From IMG/VR virus record IMGVR_UViG_3300021135_000008: a DNA stretch of 64,000 bases; one strand, written 5' to 3'. Source of the DNA: an uncultured virus (IMG/VR IMGVR_UViG_3300021135_000008). Lineage: Duplodnaviria > Heunggongvirae > Uroviricota > Caudoviricetes. Under the pieces are notes generated by a model. It did not search any database. It saw only the letters and a list, made by a program, of their open reading frames with translations, and had not been told where the DNA came from. The position numbers were made by a program, and so were the translations under genes. Below, one piece after another: positions 17,210 to 25,816 of this stretch (within the stretch, counting starts at the first letter, position 1; every line of letters begins with the position of its first letter).

Positions 17210-18266
17210 TGGTAACATCCTTTCTAACACCGCCACCGATGTAGCTGGTAATCTCAGTTTCTTGTGGCGCAACCTGAACGTCTGATCCGCTGATCCACTT
17301 CTGTGTCCATGGGAGTGGGTTGGCGTTTACCTTGTAGGGGCAAGGCAGTCCCACAGCAGTCATCCTCTTGTGTGCGATCCACTCTATATATTCACTCAGT
17401 AGCTTCTCATTTAGACCGATCATAGACCCGTCCTTGAAGAGGTAGCGAGCCCATGCCTTCTCCTGATCGACCGCGGATATGAACATGTTGATGCACTCTT
17501 CCTTGGTCTCTTCGCGGATCTTAGCAAAGTCAGGGTCGTCAGTAGGCAGTACCTTGAGCAGCTGCTGAGTACCCGCTAGGTGAAGGTTCTCGTCGCGAGC
17601 GATCAGCTTGATGATCTTGGCATTGCCCTCCATCTTCTTGACCTCGGCGAACGCCCACGAGCAGGCAAAGCTGACGTAGAAGCGTACGCCCTCAAGGATG
17701 TTGACCGACATGAGAGTCTTCCATAAGACTGTCTTGTGTCCGTACCCGCCGCCGACTAGCTCGTCGTTGTTGAGGGAGATCAGCTGGTCGTAGCACTCGC
17801 TGATGTCGCCTGCACAGTCAACGATCTCCTGCATGTCCATCATACCGTCGAAGATGATTGATGGGTTAGCATATACGTTTCTAATGATATGGGTGTAAGA
17901 GCGCGAGTGGATGGACTCAGAAAATGCCCATGTAAGGATCCAGTTCTCGAGTTCTGGTAGACTACAAATTGGACCGAAGGCAGCAGTGGGAGCGCGACCC
18001 TGTACGCTGTCCAGTAAGATCTGTCGCTTGAGGTTTGATGTGAAGATGTGCTGCTCATGGTCTGTCAGTGCCTTGAAGTCCTTGCCGTCACGAAACACGT
18101 CGATCTCTTCCGGCCTCCAGAAGAAACCGAGCTGCTTCTCGGTCAACTTCTCGAGGAACGGATACTTCTGCTTATCATAGCGAGCGATTGTTGGAGGGCT
18201 GTCAAAGAAGGCTCGAACCTTAGTCGAGTCCTTCTTGTTAGTTGCGTCGAATACCGAAAAACTCAT
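17181..18266 (-). CDS. nrdB: Ribonucleotide reductase class Ia beta subunit
   Basis: FFWRPEE, LDSVQGR, ESIHSRSY, EGVRFYVSF, DENLH, VAPQE. Confidence 0.97.
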   Translation of the reverse strand: MSFSVFDATNKKDSTKVRAFFDSPPTIARYDKQKYPFLEKLTEKQLGFFWRPEEIDVFRDGKDFKALTDHEQHIFTSNLKRQILLDSVQGRAPTAAFGPICSLPELENWILTWAFSESIHSRSYTHIIRNVYANPSIIFDGMMDMQEIVDCAGDISECYDQLISLNNDELVGGGYGHKTVLWKTLMSVNILEGVRFYVSFACSWAFAEVKKMEGNAKIIKLIARDENLHLAGTQQLLKVLPTDDPDFAKIREETKEECINMFISAVDQEKAWARYLFKDGSMIGLNEKLLSEYIEWIAHKRMTAVGLPCPYKVNANPLPWTQKWISGSDVQVAPQETEITSYIGGGVRKDVTNETFKGFSL

Positions 18267-18268
18267 AG

Positions 18269-18475
18269 TTAAATCCCTGCGATCCTGCGTCTTCTTTGAA
18301 AGTTGTCGTTGTCGAACTTCATGTATCCCTCTGGTGGTACGTAGAGGGTCTTGGAGTCTTGGTCGTAGATCCTTGGCTCCATCGACTCCTTAAGGTGTAC
18401 GATGCAGTAGTCGCCTATCTCCATCTTTCTAAAGATTACGTTGTTGGCCTCTTCTAGAACTTTATGATCGCTCAT
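18269..18475 (-). CDS. Hypothetical protein
   Basis: Packed between nrdA and nrdB. Confidence 0.55.
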   Translation of the reverse strand: MSDHKVLEEANNVIFRKMEIGDYCIVHLKESMEPRIYDQDSKTLYVPPEGYMKFDNDNFQRRRRIAGI

Positions 18476-18675
18476 TAGTAGCTCCCGTCGTCTAAGATTA
18501 CGTTTAACCTGAACATGATAAACCTAATGCTTAAGCAGTAACTACCCGGATCCATGTCGGTCGGGCCTTGTACGAACCAGCTAGCCATCCACCAACGGAT
18601 CGGATTAAGCTGGATCGCCAAGTCGATACTGGACCACCTTGCATATTTAGCAATCTTGATAATTAGATCTTGCAT
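18475..18675 (-). CDS. Hypothetical protein
   Basis: Packed between nrdA and nrdB. Confidence 0.5.
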   Translation of the reverse strand: MQDLIIKIAKYARWSSIDLAIQLNPIRWWMASWFVQGPTDMDPGSYCLSIRFIMFRLNVILDDGSY

Positions 18676-20951
18676 GCCACACAGTCTTCGTCGTCCATCT
18701 CACCTAGGGCCAACTCGGGCTTGACGTCGATCTCGCCGGCGCCGTCGTTGGTGTTGAAGTAGTAGAGCTGCTTGCCGCCATACTTGTAGAACATCAAGAT
18801 GTGCTGGAGCATGGTCGACATTGGGATCTGCTCACCCTCATAGAACTTAGGGTTGTACGAGGTGTTTACCGATATTCCTTGATCGATAAACTTTTGTAGG
18901 ACGGCGACGATCTTAAGGTAGCCTTCAGGGGATACTTGGTCCCAAAGTAGATCGTACTTTTTCTTAAGCTTTCTGATATCGGGTACCACCTGCTTGAGAA
19001 CTCCGTCCTTGCTCTGCTTAACCGTGACCAGAGACCTAGCAGGCTCAATCCCGTTTGTCGAGTTTGAAATCTGAGCGGAGGTCTCCGCGGGCATGAGCGC
19101 CATGAGCGTGGAGTTGCGGATGCCATACTTCTTTGCCCTCTCTCTTAAGGCTTCCCAGTCCAAGTTGTAAACTGGAGTTACAAGTTCATCGACTTCTCGC
19201 TTATAGGTGTCGATTGGGAAGATTCCCTGTGAGTACTTGGTCTCGTTTGACTTGCTCGGTGCACCCTTCTCCTCAGCTAGGTCGATCGACGCGCTGATGA
19301 GGTAGTAGGACCAGGCCTCGGCAAACTCATGGATCTTTGCGAGACCCTCAGCGCTGATGCCCTGATACGTAAAGTCGTTCTTGGCAAGCCAGTAAGCGAG
19401 GTTGATGATGCCGATGCCGAGTGGGCGACGAGCCATAGTCGAGTTCTTTGCCGCGAGGACTGGATAGTCTTGGTAGCTGAGGAGCTCGTCGAGTGCTCGG
19501 ACGACCAGAGTGCACGGACGCTCGAAGTCGGCTGCTACACGGATCTTGCCCCAGTTAATGGCGGCGAGTGTGCACAGTGATATCTCGCCGTCGGGATCGT
19601 TGAGGTCCTTGAGCGGCTTGGTCGGGAGGTCGATCTCTGAGCAGAGGTTCGACTGACGAATCGGCGCGAGTTCCTTGATGAATGAGCCGTGGTCGTTCGC
19701 GTGGTCGACATTCATCAGGTAGATGCGGCCGGTGTCCTTGCGCTCCTGCATGAAGGCAGAGAACAGGTCGATGGCCGAGATTACTTTCTTCCTGATCTTG
19801 GGGTTTCGCTCATACTTTTCATAGAGTTCTCGAAACTTGTCATTGTCAACATAAAAGGCATCATATAGATCTGGTACATCGTTAGGGCTGAAAAGAGTGA
19901 TGTTGAGCCCAGAAAGAAGGCGCTCGTACATAACCTTGTTAAACTGGACTCCGTAGTCGAGGTGTCGTACACGATTGTCCTCCGTTCCCTTGTTGTTCTT
20001 GAGGACTAGGATGTCCTCTACTTCCAGATGCCAGATAGGATAGTACAGAGTAGCCGCACCACCTCGTACGCCTCCTTGACTGCAAGACTTGACTGCTGAC
20101 TGAAAGTGCTTATAGAACGGAATGACGCCAGTGTGAGACGCGTCACCGTTACGAATAGGACTACCGACAGCGCGAATGCGACCAGCACCGATGCCGATGC
20201 CAGCTTTTTGGGATACGTACTTAACGATAGAAGAAGCCGTCGCATTGATGGAGTCCAGTGAGTCGTCGGTCTCGATGAGCACGCAGGAGCTGAACTGCTT
20301 CTGCGGGGTGCGGAGTCCGGCCATGATGGGGGTCGGTAGTGAGATCTCGAACTTGCTAACCGAGTCGTAGAGCTCGCGTACCCACTTGAGACGGGTGCCC
20401 TTTGGATACTCGCGGAACAGGACCATCGCGATGAGCATCGACGACATCTGAGGCGTCTCGTAGTACTTGCCGGTCACTCGGTTCTTGACGAGGTACTTAC
20501 CGCGAAGCTGCTCCATGGCAGCGTAGGTCAAGTCGAAGTCGCGGTCGTGGTCGATGAAGTCGTTGAGATTTGACAGCTCGTCATCGGTGTACCACTCTAG
20601 GATCTCGGGATCGTAGTAGCCCTCGGAGACGACGTAGCGGATGTGGTCTTTTAAGTTTGCAGGCTCATAGCTGCCGTATACGTTCTTGCGCAGGTGGTAG
20701 TTGATGAGTGAGCCTGCGACGTACTGGTAGTTCGGTGCCTCGTCGCTGATCAGGTCGGCGGCTGCCTTGATGAGCGTCTCTTGGATGTCAGAGGTCTTGA
20801 TTCCGCTGTAGAACTGGATCTGAGACCTGAGCTCGATCTCGGACTCAGAGACCCCGCTGAGGTCCTCGCACGCCCAGCTTACTACTCGGTGAAACTTCTC
20901 TAGGTTAAGGGGCTCTTTAGATCCGTCCCTCTTGGTTACTGTTATTGTCAT
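18663..20951 (-). CDS. nrdA: Ribonucleotide reductase class Ia alpha subunit
   Basis: ATP-cone VTKRDG, FSSCVL, SNLCSEI, C-terminal CVAC. Confidence 0.98.
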   Translation of the reverse strand: MTITVTKRDGSKEPLNLEKFHRVVSWACEDLSGVSESEIELRSQIQFYSGIKTSDIQETLIKAAADLISDEAPNYQYVAGSLINYHLRKNVYGSYEPANLKDHIRYVVSEGYYDPEILEWYTDDELSNLNDFIDHDRDFDLTYAAMEQLRGKYLVKNRVTGKYYETPQMSSMLIAMVLFREYPKGTRLKWVRELYDSVSKFEISLPTPIMAGLRTPQKQFSSCVLIETDDSLDSINATASSIVKYVSQKAGIGIGAGRIRAVGSPIRNGDASHTGVIPFYKHFQSAVKSCSQGGVRGGAATLYYPIWHLEVEDILVLKNNKGTEDNRVRHLDYGVQFNKVMYERLLSGLNITLFSPNDVPDLYDAFYVDNDKFRELYEKYERNPKIRKKVISAIDLFSAFMQERKDTGRIYLMNVDHANDHGSFIKELAPIRQSNLCSEIDLPTKPLKDLNDPDGEISLCTLAAINWGKIRVAADFERPCTLVVRALDELLSYQDYPVLAAKNSTMARRPLGIGIINLAYWLAKNDFTYQGISAEGLAKIHEFAEAWSYYLISASIDLAEEKGAPSKSNETKYSQGIFPIDTYKREVDELVTPVYNLDWEALRERAKKYGIRNSTLMALMPAETSAQISNSTNGIEPARSLVTVKQSKDGVLKQVVPDIRKLKKKYDLLWDQVSPEGYLKIVAVLQKFIDQGISVNTSYNPKFYEGEQIPMSTMLQHILMFYKYGGKQLYYFNTNDGAGEIDVKPELALGEMDDEDCVACKI

Positions 20952-20961
20952 CTATTCCTCT

Positions 20962-21624
20962 TTATTGACCGATGTCTAGTGTGTCCCTAAGCGAGGGAAA
21001 TACCTCTGTGATCTTGTACCAAGCGTCGGTAGCGATCTCACGATGTTCTTTCTGCGTAGCCTTATCCATGCGGAGTTGGCAGTAGTGGATCCACGAGCGA
21101 AGAGTGCCGTTCATGTACATGCGAGAGACTGTCAAGCCTTCAGGGAGTACCGCTCGTGCCTGCTCCTTGGCGATACCGTTTCTGATAGCCCAATCGTATT
21201 GTTTTTGAGCATATTCAAGTACTATCTTTTGACGCTCATTCCAACCGTGTTTAAGTTCTAGATCGTCTTCTACTTCGATGGAGTTCTGTCTGTTCTTGTA
21301 GTCTTGGAGACGGGCTTCACGAGCTGTGAACCCGAGGTCTTTGGTCGGGTCCGCGTATCTCTGGCTAAATTCTTGGAAAGAGAAGCTACGGTGGCGTAGA
21401 ATCTGTCGAGCGATATCACGAGTGGTATTGATCTCCATTACGATATTTACCATCTCGAAGGGCGACCAGTGATGGTTCTTGGCTAGGTAGCGAAGTAATT
21501 TATTCGATGTGTCTACGTTGTTCTGGTTAGACGGGTTCGACACTCGAGCCACGTAGGCGATGAAGTCGTCGACGTCCATGTTGAGTGGGCGGGTTACCGC
21601 GATGATCTCTGCTGTGTTCTTCAC
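20962..21624 (-). CDS. thyX: Flavin-dependent thymidylate synthase
   Basis: HWSPFE, RHRSFSFQEFSQRY. Confidence 0.97.
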   Translation of the reverse strand: MKNTAEIIAVTRPLNMDVDDFIAYVARVSNPSNQNNVDTSNKLLRYLAKNHHWSPFEMVNIVMEINTTRDIARQILRHRSFSFQEFSQRYADPTKDLGFTAREARLQDYKNRQNSIEVEDDLELKHGWNERQKIVLEYAQKQYDWAIRNGIAKEQARAVLPEGLTVSRMYMNGTLRSWIHYCQLRMDKATQKEHREIATDAWYKITEVFPSLRDTLDIGQ

Positions 21625-21896
21625 TTCACTTCCTCGACTCTAGAGCCGTACTTGACTTCACCGTACTTCTCATGAAGGGTGTCGTACAGCTTGGTTTCAT
21701 AGCTCGCCATTCTCTCTGCCTCTCGTACGTCCTTGGCAATGACGACGGCGGTGATCTCCTCATGGTAGACGTATGTATACGGTTTGAAGGTGACCTTGTA
21801 CTTCTTCATCCCCTTCGTCTTCTTGTTATGGAACTTGAGGTAGCCGACCGGCTTGAAGTTCCAGATGTCTTCCATTTCCTGCTTAGTAAGGTTCAT
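21621..21896 (-). CDS. Hypothetical protein
   Basis: GGAGG RBS; overlaps neighbours. Confidence 0.6.
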   Translation of the reverse strand: MNLTKQEMEDIWNFKPVGYLKFHNKKTKGMKKYKVTFKPYTYVYHEEITAVVIAKDVREAERMASYETKLYDTLHEKYGEVKYGSRVEEVK

Positions 21897-22930
21897 GCTC
21901 GCCTCCACCGCTGCAGCGCCAGCTTTGCCTGCAGGTCCCGAACTGTATTCTGATCTATTATATACTGAATGAAGTCAGATGTCAACCCCGCCATCACCAT
22001 GTCGTTGACGTCCTTGTGCTCTAGGTTGTCTGGCCAGATGCATACGGCGAAGCCCTGAAGGATCGCCTTGTCGATCTTCTTGATCGTCTCGATCGACCTC
22101 GGCTCGTTGTCGTACACGATCACCATGGAAGGTTTGGAGGACTGAACATCACCGAGAGCAGAAACCAGATCACCGCCAGCAGTAGCAATACTATTAGGGA
22201 TAAACATACTATCAATTGGACCCTCCATCACGTACGTCGTCTTACTTAGGTCGGCAGAATCGAGGCCGTAGAGCTTGGGCTGGGTCTCGTCGTTCACCAC
22301 GGTGATGTACTTGGTGCGGCTCTTGGGGTTGAGCGACCTGCCCTGAAAAGCGTGCATGTTCTTCTCCTTGTTGAAGAACGGGATGAGCAGTCGAGTCTCG
22401 TCGTGGGATAGAGCCGACGTCTCGAACTTTCCAGGCACGACCTCGTTGACCCAAGCGAAGAAGTTGGGGCACTTGAACATCTTGGCGTGGTAGGGGTTTG
22501 GGATCCTGCGCGAGTCGACGTACTTCTTGATAGGGTCGTCGGGCGAGAGCTGGCTGACCTTCTTGAGGCCCTTGAGCGGACCAGAGCTCATGAACACGGG
22601 AGTCTTCATCTTCATGACGAACTCCTCGAGCTCGACCTGCTGAGGTGACTTCTCCTCCTTGAGTCGCTCGATGGAGTACTCAGAGTAGAGGGACGCGTCG
22701 ATGGACTTGATCAGGTTGGGTACACTGGCCGATGCCGAGCAGTTGAAGCAGTGGAACATGAGTCGTCCCTGCTTGGTATAGATGTTGCCTCTGGCCTTGC
22801 GCTTGTCGGTCTCAGAGTCGCCACAGATGGGACACGAGAACGAGTAACGCCCTGCACCCCTGCGCTTGAAGTTCCTCAGTCTTCCGGACATCAGTCCGAT
22901 ATACTTCTCTTCAAGCCAACTCATAAACAA
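21893..22930 (-). CDS. 61: DNA primase (T4 gp61)
   Basis: CPICGDS..HCFNC zinc finger; EGPIDS; YDNEPR; KDVND. Confidence 0.96.
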   Translation of the reverse strand: MFMSWLEEKYIGLMSGRLRNFKRRGAGRYSFSCPICGDSETDKRKARGNIYTKQGRLMFHCFNCSASASVPNLIKSIDASLYSEYSIERLKEEKSPQQVELEEFVMKMKTPVFMSSGPLKGLKKVSQLSPDDPIKKYVDSRRIPNPYHAKMFKCPNFFAWVNEVVPGKFETSALSHDETRLLIPFFNKEKNMHAFQGRSLNPKSRTKYITVVNDETQPKLYGLDSADLSKTTYVMEGPIDSMFIPNSIATAGGDLVSALGDVQSSKPSMVIVYDNEPRSIETIKKIDKAILQGFAVCIWPDNLEHKDVNDMVMAGLTSDFIQYIIDQNTVRDLQAKLALQRWRRA

Positions 22931-23001
22931 TATCCTTTGTCACTGTGCATATAGCTATTATACACGGTTTAGAATATTTGTAAATAGGAAAAGTGAATTA
23001 T

Positions 23002-23424
23002 TTAGTGCGCGACGGCAATTATTTTAGACAGACCTGGAAGCCCGTACGCGATTAGCCATGATAAGAATCCAGTACCGCCGATGGCGATCCAGATATACTT
23101 CTCCATGTGGGAGATCTTATCGTTGATCTTATCATATTGTGAGAGAGACTCCTCGCGAAGCTTCTTGATCTCATTGAGGACGCTGTTGTCTTGTTTTCTC
23201 ATGGTATTATAGACTGCATCGATCTTTAAGTCTAGGTCTTGTTTTCTCTTCTCGAGCTGGTCATCGATGTAGTCGTGAAACTTCTCGTGCTGTCCGAGAC
23301 GCTGCTCGTGTACCGCGAGCATCTGCTTTATGTCTACGGATACTTCACTGAGTCGCTCAAGTACGCTCTCCATTCTATCGAGGCGCGGATTGACTATGTC
23401 TAGAGTTCCCAGTGACGGTTCCAT
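23002..23424 (-). CDS. Coiled-coil protein with C-terminal TM (holin-like candidate)
   Basis: MLAVHEQRL coiled coil; YIWIAIGG TM. Confidence 0.65.
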   Translation of the reverse strand: MEPSLGTLDIVNPRLDRMESVLERLSEVSVDIKQMLAVHEQRLGQHEKFHDYIDDQLEKRKQDLDLKIDAVYNTMRKQDNSVLNEIKKLREESLSQYDKINDKISHMEKYIWIAIGGTGFLSWLIAYGLPGLSKIIAVAH

Positions 23425-23425
23425 G

Positions 23426-23614
23426 TTAGACTCCCGTTGGTGGCTTGCGCTTGATAGGAGTCTGTGTCAGGATAGCACTCAGCGGCCTACGCTTCTTCTT
23501 AGAAGCAGGGATTCCTGGCGGCTCGCCAGAAGCACCGCCTAGACCCGCGACTCCACCGCCTCCAGCCTGAGCCGAGTTTGCTGGTACCGCCGATGCTGTG
23601 TCTTCCTTGATCAT
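23426..23614 (-). CDS. Small Gly/Pro-rich late protein
   Basis: MIKEDTA..GVAGLG..EPPG. Confidence 0.65.
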   Translation of the reverse strand: MIKEDTASAVPANSAQAGGGGVAGLGGASGEPPGIPASKKKRRPLSAILTQTPIKRKPPTGV

Positions 23615-24000
23615 CAGATCTTCCTTAGTACTGTAATGATTCCCTCGTCCATGGGAATCTCATCCATATTTATGATAACTTCGTCGTTAACGTTCTTTAT
23701 AGTAGACGGCATGATGTTGAGAAGTATGATGAACGGCTTCACATACTTCATATGCTTATTTACCTTCAAGTACAGTATCTTACATAGGTGTTCTGGCTTA
23801 AATACGTTGCTTAGGACTATGAGGTGATTCAATATCAACCTCTCCTTGAGCTCACCGGTCTCAATATATCTAGTAATCAACTTCTTGATGTACTTTATTC
23901 TCTTGAGGTCTTCAAGGAACTCCTCAGTGGACTGACACTGAGGATTATCATAGTACTTTGCGCAGTATATCAAGAAGTTAGAATCATCAAGTCTGTCCAT
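23614..24000 (-). CDS. Conserved T4-like hypothetical protein
   Basis: KYYDNPQC..EEFLEDLKRIKYIKKL..LILNHLI. Confidence 0.85.
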   Translation of the reverse strand: MDRLDDSNFLIYCAKYYDNPQCQSTEEFLEDLKRIKYIKKLITRYIETGELKERLILNHLIVLSNVFKPEHLCKILYLKVNKHMKYVKPFIILLNIMPSTIKNVNDEVIINMDEIPMDEGIITVLRKI

Positions 24001-24009
24001 GTTACTCTA

Positions 24010-24825
24010 TCAACTGAAGACTGCGTGAGGAAGGTTCCAAGCACCATCGGTGAAGATTAGAGTAACTACTGCTGAGTTACCGTGGAACGGCTTCCAAGTA
24101 GTGACAGGAGATCCGACATTAACGTATCCACCGGTCGTCCAGCGAGCGACGTTGAAGCTCATGGTAGTAGACTCAGAACCGTCATTTGGACCGCTGTCGT
24201 TAGGGGTAAGATACATGATCTGTCCCTCTGCGCCGTTTGCTAGGTGATAGTGCGGGGCACCGGCTACTGCGTTTGGAGTCAGCTTGTTTATGGTCTTGGT
24301 GACGTCTAACTCAACTGTAGTGCCAGTAAACTGGTTTAACTGAGTAGCTCCAGTGATTGGTCCTGGAATCATTAGCATGTTATTGGCATTAAAAGTCCAC
24401 TGGGCAAAGTCGGCGCTGAAATCGCCTTTCCACAGCTGAATAGCTAGAGCGTGTGGACTCGATGCAGAGTTACTGCCTGTTTTGTACAGTGTAATGTAGC
24501 TAGAATTACCGCTGACCGGATTAGGTCCATACGTCATGCTTACGTAGTCTAGAGTCGAGGGTGAGTAGACGTCAAATCCAACAGGATCTCCCTCGATGTT
24601 AGCTCCGATCTGAGCACCATTGGTAAAGGTCAGCGCTCCGCTGTTGGACAGAGCTACCGACTGACCACTGTTGTGAAGGGTGCTGATTGAATTAGCGAAG
24701 TTGGTGAAGCTGATAGTCCTGGCCATCGGGGTAGATGCAGAGTTCTGAAGGAAAACGATCCTATCAGAACCCTGCAGTACCGAGGCTTGAGGAAGATCAG
24801 AAAGTCTTCTCTGCTCATTAGCCAT
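24010..24825 (-). CDS. Probable virion structural protein
   Basis: N/T/S/G-rich beta-strand composition; LSDLP N-terminus. Confidence 0.65.
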   Translation of the reverse strand: MANEQRRLSDLPQASVLQGSDRIVFLQNSASTPMARTISFTNFANSISTLHNSGQSVALSNSGALTFTNGAQIGANIEGDPVGFDVYSPSTLDYVSMTYGPNPVSGNSSYITLYKTGSNSASSPHALAIQLWKGDFSADFAQWTFNANNMLMIPGPITGATQLNQFTGTTVELDVTKTINKLTPNAVAGAPHYHLANGAEGQIMYLTPNDSGPNDGSESTTMSFNVARWTTGGYVNVGSPVTTWKPFHGNSAVVTLIFTDGAWNLPHAVFS

Positions 24826-24841
24826 TACAGAATCCTAGTTA

Positions 24842-25585
24842 TTAGACGCCAGGATACTGAGTATTATCCGTAGAAGCGTCAGTGACAGTATCTGGGTTAC
24901 CGACCGCGCCAGTAGCTGAGACGCTGTTTGCACCGAGAGTTCCGAAAGCTACGAGAGTCTCAGTCTGTACGCGACCTGCACGTCCGCCGACTGTTACTGT
25001 GATGTTGGTCACAGAAGAGTTACCAGCAGCGGTACCACCGGTTGAGTTGGTGATTGCAAGTGTGCCAGAGTTGAGGGTCGAGTTAGTAAAGCCTGCGCCA
25101 GGAGTCGTGATGGTGAAGCTTAGGCTACCACCAGTCGAGTTGGTAGTAAAGTTTACTGTTGAGTTGCCGCCCGACTGCTGTGAAGCAACAGTGAGGATGT
25201 CGTTGTTGTTGTATGCCGTAGGAGTTCCGCTGATCGATACGCCAGTGACTGATCCTGTACCTGCCTTACGAATTACCCAACCGGCATGGGCTGGACGTTC
25301 CTTTGATGCATTGACGATGTTGTTCGACATCTCAGTTACGCTGACACCGAAGATGCCGACCGACTGTCCAGGAATAAACGCTCCTGGAGATGTGTTGTTG
25401 AACATAGCTACGTCAACGTTCGCGCGAGATCCACCTGACGTGTTGCCGAAGTGTGCGTTGGCGTCCATGCTTGAAGTGCTGCCCTTGACGAGGGCGTAGG
25501 TTCCAATCGGCGCGCCGTTAGATGCTTCCTTAGTGGTCGTGCTGTTAGCAGTAACCGACTGATCGTTTCTTCCCCACTGGGCCAT
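24842..25585 (-). CDS. Probable virion structural protein (MAQWG family)
   Basis: MAQWG..AHAGWV..GGRAGRVQTETLVA; AAGGAG RBS. Confidence 0.75.
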   Translation of the reverse strand: MAQWGRNDQSVTANSTTTKEASNGAPIGTYALVKGSTSSMDANAHFGNTSGGSRANVDVAMFNNTSPGAFIPGQSVGIFGVSVTEMSNNIVNASKERPAHAGWVIRKAGTGSVTGVSISGTPTAYNNNDILTVASQQSGGNSTVNFTTNSTGGSLSFTITTPGAGFTNSTLNSGTLAITNSTGGTAAGNSSVTNITVTVGGRAGRVQTETLVAFGTLGANSVSATGAVGNPDTVTDASTDNTQYPGV

Positions 25586-25617
25586 AGTCGTGTCTCCTTA
25601 TGAGTTTCTTTGCTTAT

Positions 25618-25815
25618 TTATTCATCATCAAGAGTCAACATGTCGAGTAGGTAACGAGACTTCTTGCTTATCTTCTTCTCCACACCGTTCACAATCAGGA
25701 TGTGGTACTTCTCATCATGCGTGTTAGGGGGAGCTGGAGACCTCATGGTCCTGCGCTCCTCAAAGTCCTGAGCCGGCTCTGAAGCCGGCCCTGAATCTTC
25801 ATCATCAATCGTCAT
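25618..25815 (-). CDS. Hypothetical protein
   Basis: Operon-packed ORF. Confidence 0.55.
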   Translation of the reverse strand: MTIDDEDSGPASEPAQDFEERRTMRSPAPPNTHDEKYHILIVNGVEKKISKKSRYLLDMLTLDDE

Positions 25816-25816
25816 G

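Noticed and set aside
17181..21624. Introns or inteins in nrdA, nrdB, thyX (also gp41, gp43)
   Set aside because: All are continuous ORFs of ordinary length.
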